A stretch of 38,151 nt of DNA from a virus (taxonomy: Duplodnaviria; Caudoviricetes). Of this stretch, positions 1-9,863 are shown piece after piece. The notes below the pieces were generated by a model, which saw only the letters and a list, made by a program, of their open reading frames with translations, ran no database searches and was not told the DNA's origin. Position 1 is the first letter of the stretch; each line of letters starts with the position of its first letter. The position numbers and the translations under genes were made by a program. The stretch covers positions 1-38,151 of IMG/VR virus record IMGVR_UViG_3300029290_000006. One strand, given 5' to 3'.

Positions 1-738
1 CTATTGGGCGCCGACGGTTCCGATGATCATTCTCCACTTCTCGTTCATTTCCAGGAACATGTCGGTGAAAAGTTCGTCGGGAAACTTTGCGATCTCTCCG
101 AACTGGTGGACTGCATCCATGATGACCTGGACAGCGGTCGTCACGATGGCCTCTACGAACTTCGGATCGTCGCCCTTCTTGTAGATTATGCGGTTGTCAC
201 CAAGGTGCCGGAACGCTATGGCAGCGAGATCATTATGCGAAAAGCCACACAGCATTGAATATGGACCGACCAAGTGCGCTAGCCCGGCCAAACCAAAGTG
301 TTCTGTAATGTGCTTGGGCTTGTGGCCTGCTGCACGGAAACTGTCTATCTCGACCTGGCAGGCATCAAAGCGCGCCTTGATCGGCTCCTTCATTGGATCC
401 GGGATGTTGGGGTCGCCCAAAATACCCTTATAGACGCGCTGCTCGCCCTTGAGTCTTTCGAACGTCATCTTGTCGACGTAGCTGCTGTCGGATGCCAGCA
501 TCTTCATCGCTACCAGGGCCTCAATCATCGATCGGACGTGAATAGAGGCATGAGTGGACATATCAGCGCGCGCAAGTCGCAGCGCGGCTTCAAACTGCTC
601 GGCAATCGTGAGAACAAGCACCACACGCAATCTATCCGCCCCACCTTCTGGCGGTTTCGCGCGCACGATCAAACTTTGAGCGTCCTCCAGTAGGCCGCCC
701 GCTGCATGGAGAAGTTGCTCCACTCGCGTTGTGTTCAT
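1..738 (-). CDS. DUF5677-like (HEPN-like helical) hypothetical moron protein, 245 aa
   Basis: ATG at 738 preceded by GAAGGGGG; motifs RSMIEA and YSMLCGFSH resemble DUF5677 family; longer 969 start would run through cos. Confidence 0.6.
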   Translation of the reverse strand: MNTTRVEQLLHAAGGLLEDAQSLIVRAKPPEGGADRLRVVLVLTIAEQFEAALRLARADMSTHASIHVRSMIEALVAMKMLASDSSYVDKMTFERLKGEQRVYKGILGDPNIPDPMKEPIKARFDACQVEIDSFRAAGHKPKHITEHFGLAGLAHLVGPYSMLCGFSHNDLAAIAFRHLGDNRIIYKKGDDPKFVEAIVTTAVQVIMDAVHQFGEIAKFPDELFTDMFLEMNEKWRMIIGTVGAQ

Positions 739-863
739 GGTTCCCCCTTCTCGCCAGAGTTTAGCGACTGCATAGGTTAGTCGCATAAATTTGCATAGCT
801 TCCATGCACCGCCACCCTCCCCGCTGCGCCTTGCTGTGGGCCTACCCGGGACATCCATGCACC

Positions 864-920
864 TGCATAAAAACCACTCAATGAAGCGCGCAGGTGAGGC
901 GGGGTCCCAACGGCGCGCGC
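864..920 (+). other. P2-type cos site (putative 19-nt cohesive end GGTGAGGCGGGGTCCCAAC, 893-911)
   Basis: TGCATAAAAACC...AAGCGCGCAGGTGAGGCGGGGTCCCAACGGCGCGCGC resembles the P2 cos end GGCGAGGCGGGGAAAGCAC and its context; lies downstream of the portal gene; several TGCA motifs upstream. Confidence 0.8.
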
Positions 921-1306
921 ACCGTCTGAGATCCGCGCTCTCCCCCTCCGCCCTCTCTGACATCGACACGGTCGTTTCGCTTGTGAGCGAAGGGGCACAG
1001 ATCTAGCGGGTGCGACGCGCCTCATCCCGCCTCCAAAAATACGCAAGCCCACAATCCTGATATCGGAGTAGAGTGAGGTACGGATTCCAGCGGGGCCATC
1101 ATCGGCCCCAGCACAAGAAAAATTCGCCTCGCCTCTGATCGACGCGTCGCCGACGTCCCACCTCGATCCAGCCACCCACGCTGCCTTTCCGAGCCAGTTT
1201 TCCGGCACGGCCCGCACTTCACCCGCCCCGGGGCATTCTCGTCCTGCCCTCAAAGCATCACGCTTAGTCGCTCCGGCCTGCCTGCATTTCCTATGGGAGA
1301 TCCGCC

Positions 1307-1591
1307 ATGGATACCTACCCGACATCCTTCTACAAAGGGTTCGCGATTTACCCACTGATTTACCCCTTCAACCCGCCACGCGAGTGGCACGAAAAACGCC
1401 CCGACCGTGCGTACAGCGTCTCGGTCGTCATCTGCCGTGAAGGCGAGACGATGGACGATGAGCGTTCCCGCGTCTTTCGCCTGAGAGGCGAGCCATGGGA
1501 CAACGTAGGCGCTGCAAAGCGCGCGGCCACGCATGGCGCCGAGGAAATCATCGATGGGCTCGTGCCTGGCCAGTCCATGGCGGGCGAGTAG
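1307..1591 (+). CDS. small hypothetical protein (YKGF-I motif), 94 aa
   Basis: GGGAGA RBS before ATG; compact globular sequence. Confidence 0.75.
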   Translation: MDTYPTSFYKGFAIYPLIYPFNPPREWHEKRPDRAYSVSVVICREGETMDDERSRVFRLRGEPWDNVGAAKRAATHGAEEIIDGLVPGQSMAGE

Positions 1592-1691
1592 AGAGTTCTG
1601 TGAGGCCCAACTCGGAACGTCTGCCCGGTGGCCTGTTCAGGCGCCATCATCCAATCAAGCAGCCCAGCAATGCTGGGCACCAGGAGCACGC

Positions 1692-2552
1692 ATGGTTCGA
1701 ATGCAGTACTCGATCTGCCTAACTTATGAGATTCACGATCAGTTTGCAGACTTCATTTTCAACTTCCATGCAGCGCAGACTGCGCGGCAGACCATCGTTG
1801 CCGAATCGCTGCAACTGACCCCTGCAGTTCCGACCACGCTTCAGACTGAGCCGGGCCTGCTCAACCGTCATCTACGGGTGCAGGCACCGCGCGGCCATCT
1901 CGCTATCAACTATGTTGCTACCGTTGATATGCATCACTTGCTCACGCCGCCTCAGTCATTGTTTGAGGTGCGGGTGGCGGATTTGCCGTTGGACGTCATT
2001 CCCTTCCTGGCCCCCAGCCGATATTGCGAATCAGACCGCCTCATGGCGTTTGCGCGCCGGGAGTTTGGCGGATATCAGCGCGGGTACGCGCTTGTCCTTG
2101 CGATTCGGGATTGGGTGTGCCGGTACGTGGAATTCATTCCGCTTTCCACGAGCGAGCAGACCTCTGCGGTCAGCACATTGGTGGATCGGCATGGCGTATG
2201 CCGGGACTACGCCCACTTGATGATCGCGTTGTGTCGTGCGCTCAGCATTCCGGCCCGCTTCGCGACGAGCGTCAATTACGGAGCCGACCCTGCCCTCGGC
2301 CCACCTGACTTCCATGCATTCGTGGAGGTGTACCTTGGCAATCGATGGAATCTGCTCGATCCATCAAACGGATCGATGCCCATGGGGCTCCTGCGGATCG
2401 GTACCGGCCGCGATGCCACTGAAGTCCCCGTCGCAATGATCTTTGGCGATGTCGAACCCGCACGTCCCAGCGTCCAGGTCCACGCGCTCACAAGCGCAGA
2501 GCCGAAAGCCGATCTGCCAATGCCGACCGACCAAGCGATCTGCACTTGGTAG
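1692..2552 (+). CDS. transglutaminase-like family protein
   Basis: AGGAG RBS; catalytic motifs GVCRDYAH, DFHA, LLDP; PSRYCESD and GRDA conserved blocks. Confidence 0.9.
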   Translation: MVRMQYSICLTYEIHDQFADFIFNFHAAQTARQTIVAESLQLTPAVPTTLQTEPGLLNRHLRVQAPRGHLAINYVATVDMHHLLTPPQSLFEVRVADLPLDVIPFLAPSRYCESDRLMAFARREFGGYQRGYALVLAIRDWVCRYVEFIPLSTSEQTSAVSTLVDRHGVCRDYAHLMIALCRALSIPARFATSVNYGADPALGPPDFHAFVEVYLGNRWNLLDPSNGSMPMGLLRIGTGRDATEVPVAMIFGDVEPARPSVQVHALTSAEPKADLPMPTDQAICTW

Positions 2553-2565
2553 GCCACCAGCACGC

Positions 2566-2826
2566 TCACCATTCCTGCGTCGCTGGAGGGACGTCCTCAG
2601 GGCCAAGAATGACATCCACTGCGGCGCGTCCCGCCACTTCCCCCACCAAGTGCGCCCATCGCCGTGAAAACGGGCCTCCATGGGCCTTGATCCGTTTGCC
2701 GAGGGCTGCCACGCCCGCAGGCTCCATCGGCCCTTCGATCCGGAACCACACATCAAACATGTCCTCAGAGATCTGAACAAGCTCCACATGAATCTGAAAG
2801 CCACGATACTCAGTGGTGCGCGTCAT
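2566..2826 (-). CDS. small hypothetical protein (YRGF-I motif), 86 aa
   Basis: GGAGG RBS; MTRTTEYRGFQIHVEL... Confidence 0.75.
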   Translation of the reverse strand: MTRTTEYRGFQIHVELVQISEDMFDVWFRIEGPMEPAGVAALGKRIKAHGGPFSRRWAHLVGEVAGRAAVDVILGPEDVPPATQEW

Positions 2827-2917
2827 ATCGCCTCCAGGGCGCGTTGTTCTCTGTGCCAGCATCCGACCTTCACTTCGAAACATATCCGGCCGTAGCGCGC
2901 GAGCGCGAAAGCGGGAC

Positions 2918-3127
2918 TTAGGAGCGCAGGAGCTTGGCTGCTGTACGCGCCACTCGTCCGAGGCCTCGAACGAAAGTTACTTTCTGCCCATGTTGGAGTG
3001 CAGGCGGATCCAATGCGGATGACCTCGGAAAAATAACAATCACGCCATCTCCACCGCGTTGGGGCTCGATGAGGCCGACCCCACTCCGAGAGTCAAACCA
3101 CTTCACGACACCCTGTTCCCTGTCCAT
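2918..3127 (-). CDS. degenerate cold-shock domain protein, 69 aa
   Basis: QGVVKWFD, G-x-G-x-I, L..GQKVTF pattern and length of CspA family; AGAGGGG RBS. Confidence 0.7.
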   Translation of the reverse strand: MDREQGVVKWFDSRSGVGLIEPQRGGDGVIVIFPRSSALDPPALQHGQKVTFVRGLGRVARTAAKLLRS

Positions 3128-3511
3128 ACTTGCCCCTCTACGGTTATGCAGCAGATGCCAAATCGGCCGACTGTCAACGGGCCTGCAAAGGGCGATCCTG
3201 CAGGCGCTCGCCGTTCCCGCGCCAACTAAAGCGAAGAACGACAGGGACAACGTCGAGGCTCCCATACGAACTGCCGAGTGCGCTGACCGGGTCAGCGTCT
3301 GATCCCCAATCTACGCGCATTCGCGGACAGGCGTGGCATTTATTTCGCCGGCACGCCGCGAGTTTCCTCCAGGGGAGGCCGCGCGGAGCGGAAGTCGGCT
3401 CCATCAGCCGGATGCGTCGCCTCTGACGGAAGCGCACTACATGCAGCTATCTCTCGCGGAATGCAGACGGCAAGTGCTATCGGCGACACAAGGTTCGCCA
3501 CCGCGTGATCC

Positions 3512-4552
3512 CTATCGATGCTCATCGAGCTTATAAGGCCCAAACCTAACCACCTCCTCCCCCACCCACTCATTAATCGCCAACAACCGATCCTGCAACG
3601 GCTTCACCTCATTCCGCGCGAACACCAGCGCCGCCTTCTCCACGTCGCCAAAGCCCCCGGTGTTCGACGGAATGATCCCCATGAGCTGAGGCGGGACCCG
3701 ATGCGCCGCGAGCTGGTCATCGCGCGTCACGCTCTTGATGTTCCAGAACTCGTCCTTCGCCGCCACCTCCGACACGGGCAGAAGCTGAATCCCGTCCTTC
3801 TTGCCCTTCGGCGCATACATGAACACGTTGCGGAAATTGCCCGGCCCCTTCGACGACGCGATCGCGTCGCGCAGCGCCTTCACATCCTCCATCTTTTGCG
3901 CTTCGTCCGTCATGTACAGGATGAACCCCGCGTGTGAGCCGTTCTTGTAATACTTCCGGCGGAACAGCGTGGCCGACTCGTTCAACCAGGTCGCGTTGAG
4001 CGACGACAGGTATTCCGGCAACCCATACACCTCCTGGTTGATGTCCGGCTCCTGCAGATGAAACACCGTGCCACGCGCGAACTCATGCGGCTCGCCTGCG
4101 CCCTGCACAAAGTAGTACGTCGACAGATCGACACCCCGCCGCATGTACTTGGCCATCGCAGGCGCCAGCCCCATGCTGGAGCCCGCCCAGCTCAACCGGT
4201 TCTCCAGATACGCATTACCAAACACCTGCCAATCGAGCACAAATCGCTCGAATGCCGCGCGCGGGAACAGCGGATGCGGAATGAACGTGCTCACCAAGAT
4301 GTTGCGCTTCACATAGATCGCCGAGCTGTGATGCGCAGCGGCCCGGAACGACTTCGCCAATCCATCCCAAGGCAGCGGCGGCTCAAACCACTTGCCCATC
4401 CGCATGCACTCCAGATAGTCGAGCAGCTCGCGCCGGTCGAGCACCTCCATCGGGTCACCAAACGAAAAGACCTCCGGGCCGGCCGCCTGGTCGTTGAGGG
4501 GCGCGGCTGGCGTCGCTGTGCCTGCGGCGCGCCGATTCTTCTTGCGGCTCAT
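3512..4552 (-). CDS. Q: phage portal protein (P2 gpQ, PBSX family)
   Basis: FSFGDP, YGLPEY, FRRKYYKNGSHAG, AAHRVPPQLMG motifs; start overlaps terminase stop. Confidence 0.96.
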   Translation of the reverse strand: MSRKKNRRAAGTATPAAPLNDQAAGPEVFSFGDPMEVLDRRELLDYLECMRMGKWFEPPLPWDGLAKSFRAAAHHSSAIYVKRNILVSTFIPHPLFPRAAFERFVLDWQVFGNAYLENRLSWAGSSMGLAPAMAKYMRRGVDLSTYYFVQGAGEPHEFARGTVFHLQEPDINQEVYGLPEYLSSLNATWLNESATLFRRKYYKNGSHAGFILYMTDEAQKMEDVKALRDAIASSKGPGNFRNVFMYAPKGKKDGIQLLPVSEVAAKDEFWNIKSVTRDDQLAAHRVPPQLMGIIPSNTGGFGDVEKAALVFARNEVKPLQDRLLAINEWVGEEVVRFGPYKLDEHR

Positions 4553-6336
4553 AGAAACTCCATAAAGCTGGTATTGGTCGAGGTCGCGCCTTCGAGCGGT
4601 TCGTACGAAAGCGCATGCATGCATGCCCACGCCAGGTCGGCGTGGCTGGTTTCCTCCGAGCGGCCCGCCTGGTAGGTGACGCGCGCGCCGGAGGCAGTAA
4701 CGGTTTTCTTGATCGACATGAATGACGCAGCGAAGTCCGTCCAGCCGGCGTCGAACTCCAATCTGCCTTTGCTGATGACGTCGTACGCCTTCAGCACCAG
4801 GTTCGTCTTCACATCCACGGAATAAGAGAAGCCATGGGCATCCGGCCTGGCCTTAGTCACAAGCTGGTAGACGGCATCGCCCACGCCCGTGCGGTCGATC
4901 CCGATGAAGGCAACGTTGTAGCGGCCGCACACGCGCAGGATGGCCTGCGCCTGCTCCTCAAAATCGATGCCCTTGAACTGGTGTTTCTCCAGCACGCGGA
5001 ACTTGCCATCGGGCACCGCCGGCGGCGCGAGCACCACAATCGCAGCGCTGTCACCAGTCGGCCCGCCCCCGTTGGGGTCGTACCCCAGCCACACCTCCCG
5101 ATTGCCAAACGGACGCGGCGCAAATGGCCGGAAGTCAGGCCACAGCTCCCAGCTATCAACCATCCCCCGCATCAGCATCGACAGCGGAAAAACAGACGCC
5201 GTGTCATCCACAAACTGGCACATCAGCAAGTTCGCGTAATCCGGCTCGCTGTACTCCAGGCGCAGTTGGTCCAGGTCGAACAGATTGCAACCGCCACGCA
5301 GCGCGTCTTCCACCGTCACGATCTGCCGCCACTGCCCATCCGCGCAGCGCAGGCCATCACGCAGCGCCGCATGGCTCACGTCGACCTTGACCTGCCTGTC
5401 CTTCGCCTTCCCCCTGTTGAACAGCGCGCCCGACCAGAACGGATACGCGTCATGCGCCAGGCTGGAAGGCGTTGAGAAATACGTCTGACGCCAGTGCTTG
5501 TGGATCGCCATCCCGGAAGCGACCTTGCGCAGCTCCTGGAAGCGCGGCACCCAGAAATACTCATCGAAATACAGGTTGCCGTGATAGCTCTGCGCCGTGC
5601 GCGCGTTCGTGCCCAGGAAGTACAGCGTCGCGCCGTTCGGCAGCACGATGGGATCGCCCTTCAGCTCCACGCCGGCGGCGTCCTTGGCGAACTGCACCAT
5701 GTACTGCTTGAACACGTGCGCCTGCGCCTTGCTGGCCGACAGGAAGATCTGATTGCGCCCCGTCGTCAGCGCATCGATCAACGCCTCACGCGCGAAATAC
5801 CAGGTCGCCCCAATCTGCCGAGACTTCAGGATGTTGCGAATCCGCTCCGCCTCGCCCGCGCGCTGCCACACCTCCTGATACCCAAACAGTGAATCGCGGA
5901 AGGCCTCCTGCAACTGTTCCTGCTCTTCCGGGCTCATCGCGTTGCGCTCTGCCTTCTTGCGCGGGCCAGCGTTGCGGTTCGCCACCTTCGGGTTGAGGTC
6001 CGTCTCGTTGCCACCGTCGCGATACCGCTCGCGCCGGGCGACGTTGTTGAGCTGGCGGTTCAGCAGGTCGATCTCTTTGAAGTCCCGCCCTTCCTTCTGC
6101 TCCTTCGCCACCAGGCGCATCAAGCGCTCTTCAATCGTCAGCGCCACGCGCTCATCGGGCGTCGTGTCTGCCCACGCATCGCGGCGCTTCCAACTGTGCA
6201 CCGTGACCGGCTTCACCTTGAGCATTTCCGCGATGCGCGCAACGCGGTAGCCCTGCCAGTAGAGCGAACGCGCCACGCGGCGCGGGTCCATTTCCGGGTC
6301 GATTGAGAGAGAAGCGATAGGCGGCAACGTAGTCAT
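4549..6336 (-). CDS. P: terminase large (ATPase) subunit (P2 gpP)
   Basis: LYWQG N-terminal HTH, KSRQIGAT Walker A, YFDEYFW Walker B, HADLAWA nuclease end. Confidence 0.97.
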   Translation of the reverse strand: MTTLPPIASLSIDPEMDPRRVARSLYWQGYRVARIAEMLKVKPVTVHSWKRRDAWADTTPDERVALTIEERLMRLVAKEQKEGRDFKEIDLLNRQLNNVARRERYRDGGNETDLNPKVANRNAGPRKKAERNAMSPEEQEQLQEAFRDSLFGYQEVWQRAGEAERIRNILKSRQIGATWYFAREALIDALTTGRNQIFLSASKAQAHVFKQYMVQFAKDAAGVELKGDPIVLPNGATLYFLGTNARTAQSYHGNLYFDEYFWVPRFQELRKVASGMAIHKHWRQTYFSTPSSLAHDAYPFWSGALFNRGKAKDRQVKVDVSHAALRDGLRCADGQWRQIVTVEDALRGGCNLFDLDQLRLEYSEPDYANLLMCQFVDDTASVFPLSMLMRGMVDSWELWPDFRPFAPRPFGNREVWLGYDPNGGGPTGDSAAIVVLAPPAVPDGKFRVLEKHQFKGIDFEEQAQAILRVCGRYNVAFIGIDRTGVGDAVYQLVTKARPDAHGFSYSVDVKTNLVLKAYDVISKGRLEFDAGWTDFAASFMSIKKTVTASGARVTYQAGRSEETSHADLAWACMHALSYEPLEGATSTNTSFMEFL

Positions 6337-6380
6337 GCCGCAACGCTACCGGCCGCGCGCGCGCGTGCCACGCGCTGCCT

Positions 6381-6403
6381 GTTGTCGCGCCGGTTCGCAC
6401 AAC
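6381..6403. promoter_or_regulatory. Ogr-type late promoter activator site between divergent P and O genes (GTTGT-N13-ACAAC)
   Basis: Inverted repeat recurring identically upstream of V and FI. Confidence 0.75.
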
Positions 6404-6477
6404 ACCAACGCGTTGCCCGCGCGATGCACGGCGCTGAAGATGACAGCACCAACGAACCCGAGACCAACGAGGACAAC

Positions 6478-7308
6478 ATGGGCACCAAGGCCACCAAGTT
6501 CTTCCGCATCGCCACCGAAGGCGCCACCAGCGACGGCCGCGTCATTGATCGCAATATGCTCGTGCAGATGGCGCAGAACTACGACCCGAAGACGTACTCC
6601 GCGCGCATCAACATGGAGCACATCCGCGGCTACTCGGCGGCCGGCCCGTTCAAGGCCTACGGCGATGTCGTTGCACTCAAGGCGGAAGAGCAAGACGGCA
6701 AGATGGGCCTGTACGCGCAGCTCGACCCCACCGACGAGCTGATCGCGCTCACCAAGGCACGCCAAAAGATTTTTTCGTCGATGGAAGTGCAGCCGAGCTT
6801 CGCCGACACCAAAGAGGCCTACCTCGTCGGCCTGGCCGTCACGGACAACCCCGCAAGCCTGGGCTGCGAAGTCCTGCAGTTCAGCGCCACCGCCAAGGTC
6901 AATCCGCTCGCCGCGCGCAAGCAAGACCCCGGCAACCTCTTCACTGAAGCCGTGGAGGTCGACCTCGACTTCACACCCGAACAGCCCAGCGTCACCGCAG
7001 GCCTGGCCGACAGCATCAAGCGCCTCTTCTCGCGCCAGACCAAAGCCGAGACCGGCAACGACGCCCGCTTCTCCGACGTGCAGGACGCCGTGCAGATCAT
7101 CGCCACGCAGGTGCAGTCGCTGGGCGACCAGTTCTCCGCAGGCCTCAAGACGATCAACGACCAGATGGCCCAGTTCAAGGCCCACGCCGACGAGCGCGAC
7201 AAGGCCTTCAACACCCTCAAGCACGGCTTGGAAAACACACCCGCCTTCAGCGCACGACCGCCCGCCACGGGCGGCGACGGCACCGCCGACATCAAGACCG
7301 ACTGCTGA
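6478..7308 (+). CDS. O: capsid scaffolding/protease (P2 gpO)
   Basis: FFRIATEGATSDGR, ARINMEH, YLVGLAVTDNPASLG. Confidence 0.96.
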   Translation: MGTKATKFFRIATEGATSDGRVIDRNMLVQMAQNYDPKTYSARINMEHIRGYSAAGPFKAYGDVVALKAEEQDGKMGLYAQLDPTDELIALTKARQKIFSSMEVQPSFADTKEAYLVGLAVTDNPASLGCEVLQFSATAKVNPLAARKQDPGNLFTEAVEVDLDFTPEQPSVTAGLADSIKRLFSRQTKAETGNDARFSDVQDAVQIIATQVQSLGDQFSAGLKTINDQMAQFKAHADERDKAFNTLKHGLENTPAFSARPPATGGDGTADIKTDC

Positions 7309-7352
7309 CCCCATCGCACCCGCACAACGAAGACCAACACCCGGAGCACCCC

Positions 7353-8363
7353 ATGCGCAATGAAACCCGCCGCCTCTACGATGCCTACACCGCTGAAGTC
7401 GCCAAGCTGAACGGCGTTGACCGCGTCGACACCAAGTTTTCCGTCAACGCGACGGTGCAGCAGCGCCTCGAAACGAAGATCCAGGAATCCAGCCAATTCC
7501 TGTCCAAGGTGAACGTATATGGCGTGCCTGAACAGGAAGCCGAAAAGGTCGGCCTGGGCGTCTCAGGTCCGGTGGCCAGCACCACGGACACCACCAAGCA
7601 AGACCGCCAGACCGCCGACATTTCCACGCTGGACGGCCTGCGCTATCGCTGCGAGCAGACCAACTCGGATACACACATCACGTACCAAAAGCTGGATGCC
7701 TGGGCGAAGTTCAAAGACTTCCAAACGCGCATCCGCGACGCCATCATCAAGCGCCAGGCGCTGGACCGCATGACCATCGGCTTCAACGGCGTCAAGCGTG
7801 TGCCCACCTCCGACCGCGCCACCAATCCTCTGCTGCAGGACGTGAACCGGGGCTGGCTGCAATACCTGCGTGACCTGGCGCCGCAGCGCGTGATGAAAGA
7901 CGGCAAGGACGCGGGAAAGATCATCGTCGGCGCCGGCGGCGACTACGGCAACCTCGACGCGCTCGTCTTCGATGTGGTCAATCACCTGGTCGAGCCGTGG
8001 TATGCAGAGGACCCGGAGCTGGTCGTCGTGTGCGGCCGTCAGCTCCTGGCCGACAAGTATTTCCCGATCATCAATCAGCCCAACCGGCCGACCGATACGT
8101 TGGCGGTGGACATGATCGTCAGCCAGAAGCGCATCGGCAATCTGCCCGCCGTGCGTGTGCCGTACTTCCCCGCCAACGGTCTGCTCGTGACGCGGCTGGA
8201 CAACCTGTCCATCTACTACCAGGACGGCGCGCGCCGCCGCACCATCGTCGACAACGCCAAGCGTGACCGCATCGAGAACTATGAGTCGAGCAACGACGCA
8301 TACGTCATCGAGGATCTGGGCTGCGCTGCATTGGTCGAAAACATCGCCATCGGTGCGCAATGA
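7353..8363 (+). CDS. N: major capsid protein (P2 gpN)
   Basis: MRNETR, ALDRMTIGFNG, NPLLQDVNRGWLQ, YESSNDAYVIED. Confidence 0.97.
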   Translation: MRNETRRLYDAYTAEVAKLNGVDRVDTKFSVNATVQQRLETKIQESSQFLSKVNVYGVPEQEAEKVGLGVSGPVASTTDTTKQDRQTADISTLDGLRYRCEQTNSDTHITYQKLDAWAKFKDFQTRIRDAIIKRQALDRMTIGFNGVKRVPTSDRATNPLLQDVNRGWLQYLRDLAPQRVMKDGKDAGKIIVGAGGDYGNLDALVFDVVNHLVEPWYAEDPELVVVCGRQLLADKYFPIINQPNRPTDTLAVDMIVSQKRIGNLPAVRVPYFPANGLLVTRLDNLSIYYQDGARRRTIVDNAKRDRIENYESSNDAYVIEDLGCAALVENIAIGAQ

Positions 8364-9070
8364 CCAGCCCCGCCCGCAATCACTTCCTGCGCGTCTCCGC
8401 CGCCCTGGCGGCGCAGGCCGAGCAGGAAGCCAACCCGCTGCGCCACGCCAACGGCTACGAACTCATGCTCGCGCAGCTCGCAGAGCACAAGCGCCAGCTC
8501 AAGCAGGTGCAGTCTGTCGAGCGCAAGGCTGAAACCAAGCGCCGCATGCTCCCCGAGTACGCGGCCTGGGTGGAAGGCGTCCTGCAGGCCGACAGCGGCA
8601 CGCAAGACGACATCTTCATGACCGTGCTCGTCTGGCGCATCGATGTGGGCGACTTCGCCGGCGCCCTGCCCCTCGCCGGCTACGCCATCCGCCACAAGCT
8701 GGCGATGCCCGACCAGTACCAGCGCTCCACCGCCTGCCTCATCGCGGAAGAGTTCGCCAACATGGTCCTCAAAGACCCGGCTGCCATCAAATCGGGCGAC
8801 GTTGAGGCTGTGATGGAAGTGGAAGCCCTCGTGCGCGACCAGGACATGCCCGATGAAGTCCGCGCCAAGCTGCACAAGGCGCTCGGCTACGTCATTGCAG
8901 AGATGGCGACCGGACACGACCAGGCCACCGCCAACGCCTGCCGCGAAGAAGCCCTCACGCACCTGCGCCGCGCCCTGGAGCTGCACGACAAATCCGGCGT
9001 GAAAAAAGACATCGAGCGCATCGAGCGCGACATCAAGAACGCAGCCAAGCCCGGCGACGGGAAGAGCTGA
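8360..9070 (+). CDS. M: terminase small/endonuclease subunit (P2 gpM)
   Basis: MTSPARNH, VWRIDVGD, DMPDEVRAKLHKALG, GVKKDIE. Confidence 0.95.
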   Translation: MTSPARNHFLRVSAALAAQAEQEANPLRHANGYELMLAQLAEHKRQLKQVQSVERKAETKRRMLPEYAAWVEGVLQADSGTQDDIFMTVLVWRIDVGDFAGALPLAGYAIRHKLAMPDQYQRSTACLIAEEFANMVLKDPAAIKSGDVEAVMEVEALVRDQDMPDEVRAKLHKALGYVIAEMATGHDQATANACREEALTHLRRALELHDKSGVKKDIERIERDIKNAAKPGDGKS

Positions 9071-9166
9071 CACCGAGCGTGACCCCGCGCATCAGGCGGC
9101 ACGGGGCAGTCTTCCGGCGTGCCGCGAAGCCTCGCCCCGTCCACCGCCTCCTAGCCCACTGAACCC

Positions 9167-9646
9167 ATGTCCTCCTTCATCGCAGCCGCATCCGTGCCCG
9201 CGCAGGCACAAACCGGCGGGGAGCCGATCGGCAACGACGGCTTCTTCCCCGATATCGACGTCGACCAGGCCTACGCCGCCATGCGCCTGGACGGCACCGT
9301 CACGCAGCAGCGCATGCGCGCCGCGTTGGTCGAGGCGGTCATTTCCGTCAATGACGAGCTGCAGGCCTGGAAGGTCGCGCAGGTCTCGTTTGGTCGCAAC
9401 ACGCTGGCCGACGTGCCGGCGCCTAAGATCGACGGCCGCAGCGCTCACCTTCACCGGTACGAACGCGCGGTGCACTGCCTGGCCGCCGCCTGGCTCATCG
9501 AGCGCTACCGCACCATCGACGCCACCGCCGCCGGCGACCGCAAGGCCGAAGCGGAAAACCTCGGCGTCGACGATCTGCGCCGCGACGCCCGCTGGGCCAT
9601 CAGCGACATCCAGGGCGCCGCCCGCACCACCGTCGAACTCATCTGA
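9167..9646 (+). CDS. L: head completion/stabilisation protein (P2 gpL)
   Basis: NDGFFPDID, MRLDGTVT, RDARWAISDI, TVELI. Confidence 0.95.
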   Translation: MSSFIAAASVPAQAQTGGEPIGNDGFFPDIDVDQAYAAMRLDGTVTQQRMRAALVEAVISVNDELQAWKVAQVSFGRNTLADVPAPKIDGRSAHLHRYERAVHCLAAAWLIERYRTIDATAAGDRKAEAENLGVDDLRRDARWAISDIQGAARTTVELI

Positions 9647-9849
9647 TGCGCGTCCGGGCCATCCAGGGCGACACCGTCGACGCCATCTGCCACCGCGTCT
9701 ACGGCCGCACCGCAGGCGTCACAGAGGCCGTCCTCGCCGCCAACCCGGGCATCGCCGACCTTGGCCCCGTGCTGCCGCACGGCACCGAGCTGGTCATGCC
9801 CGACATCTCCCCGCAGCCGGCCATGCAAATGGTCCAGCTCTGGGACTGA
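9646..9849 (+). CDS. X: tail protein X
   Basis: QGDTVDAIC..YG, ANPG..DLGPVLPHGT, VQLWD. Confidence 0.95.
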   Translation: MRVRAIQGDTVDAICHRVYGRTAGVTEAVLAANPGIADLGPVLPHGTELVMPDISPQPAMQMVQLWD

Positions 9850-9863
9850 CCACAAGGAACCCA

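Noticed and set aside
739-969. N-terminal extension of the first ORF (322 aa version)
   Set aside because: Runs through the cos region, low-complexity translation; ATG at 738 has an RBS
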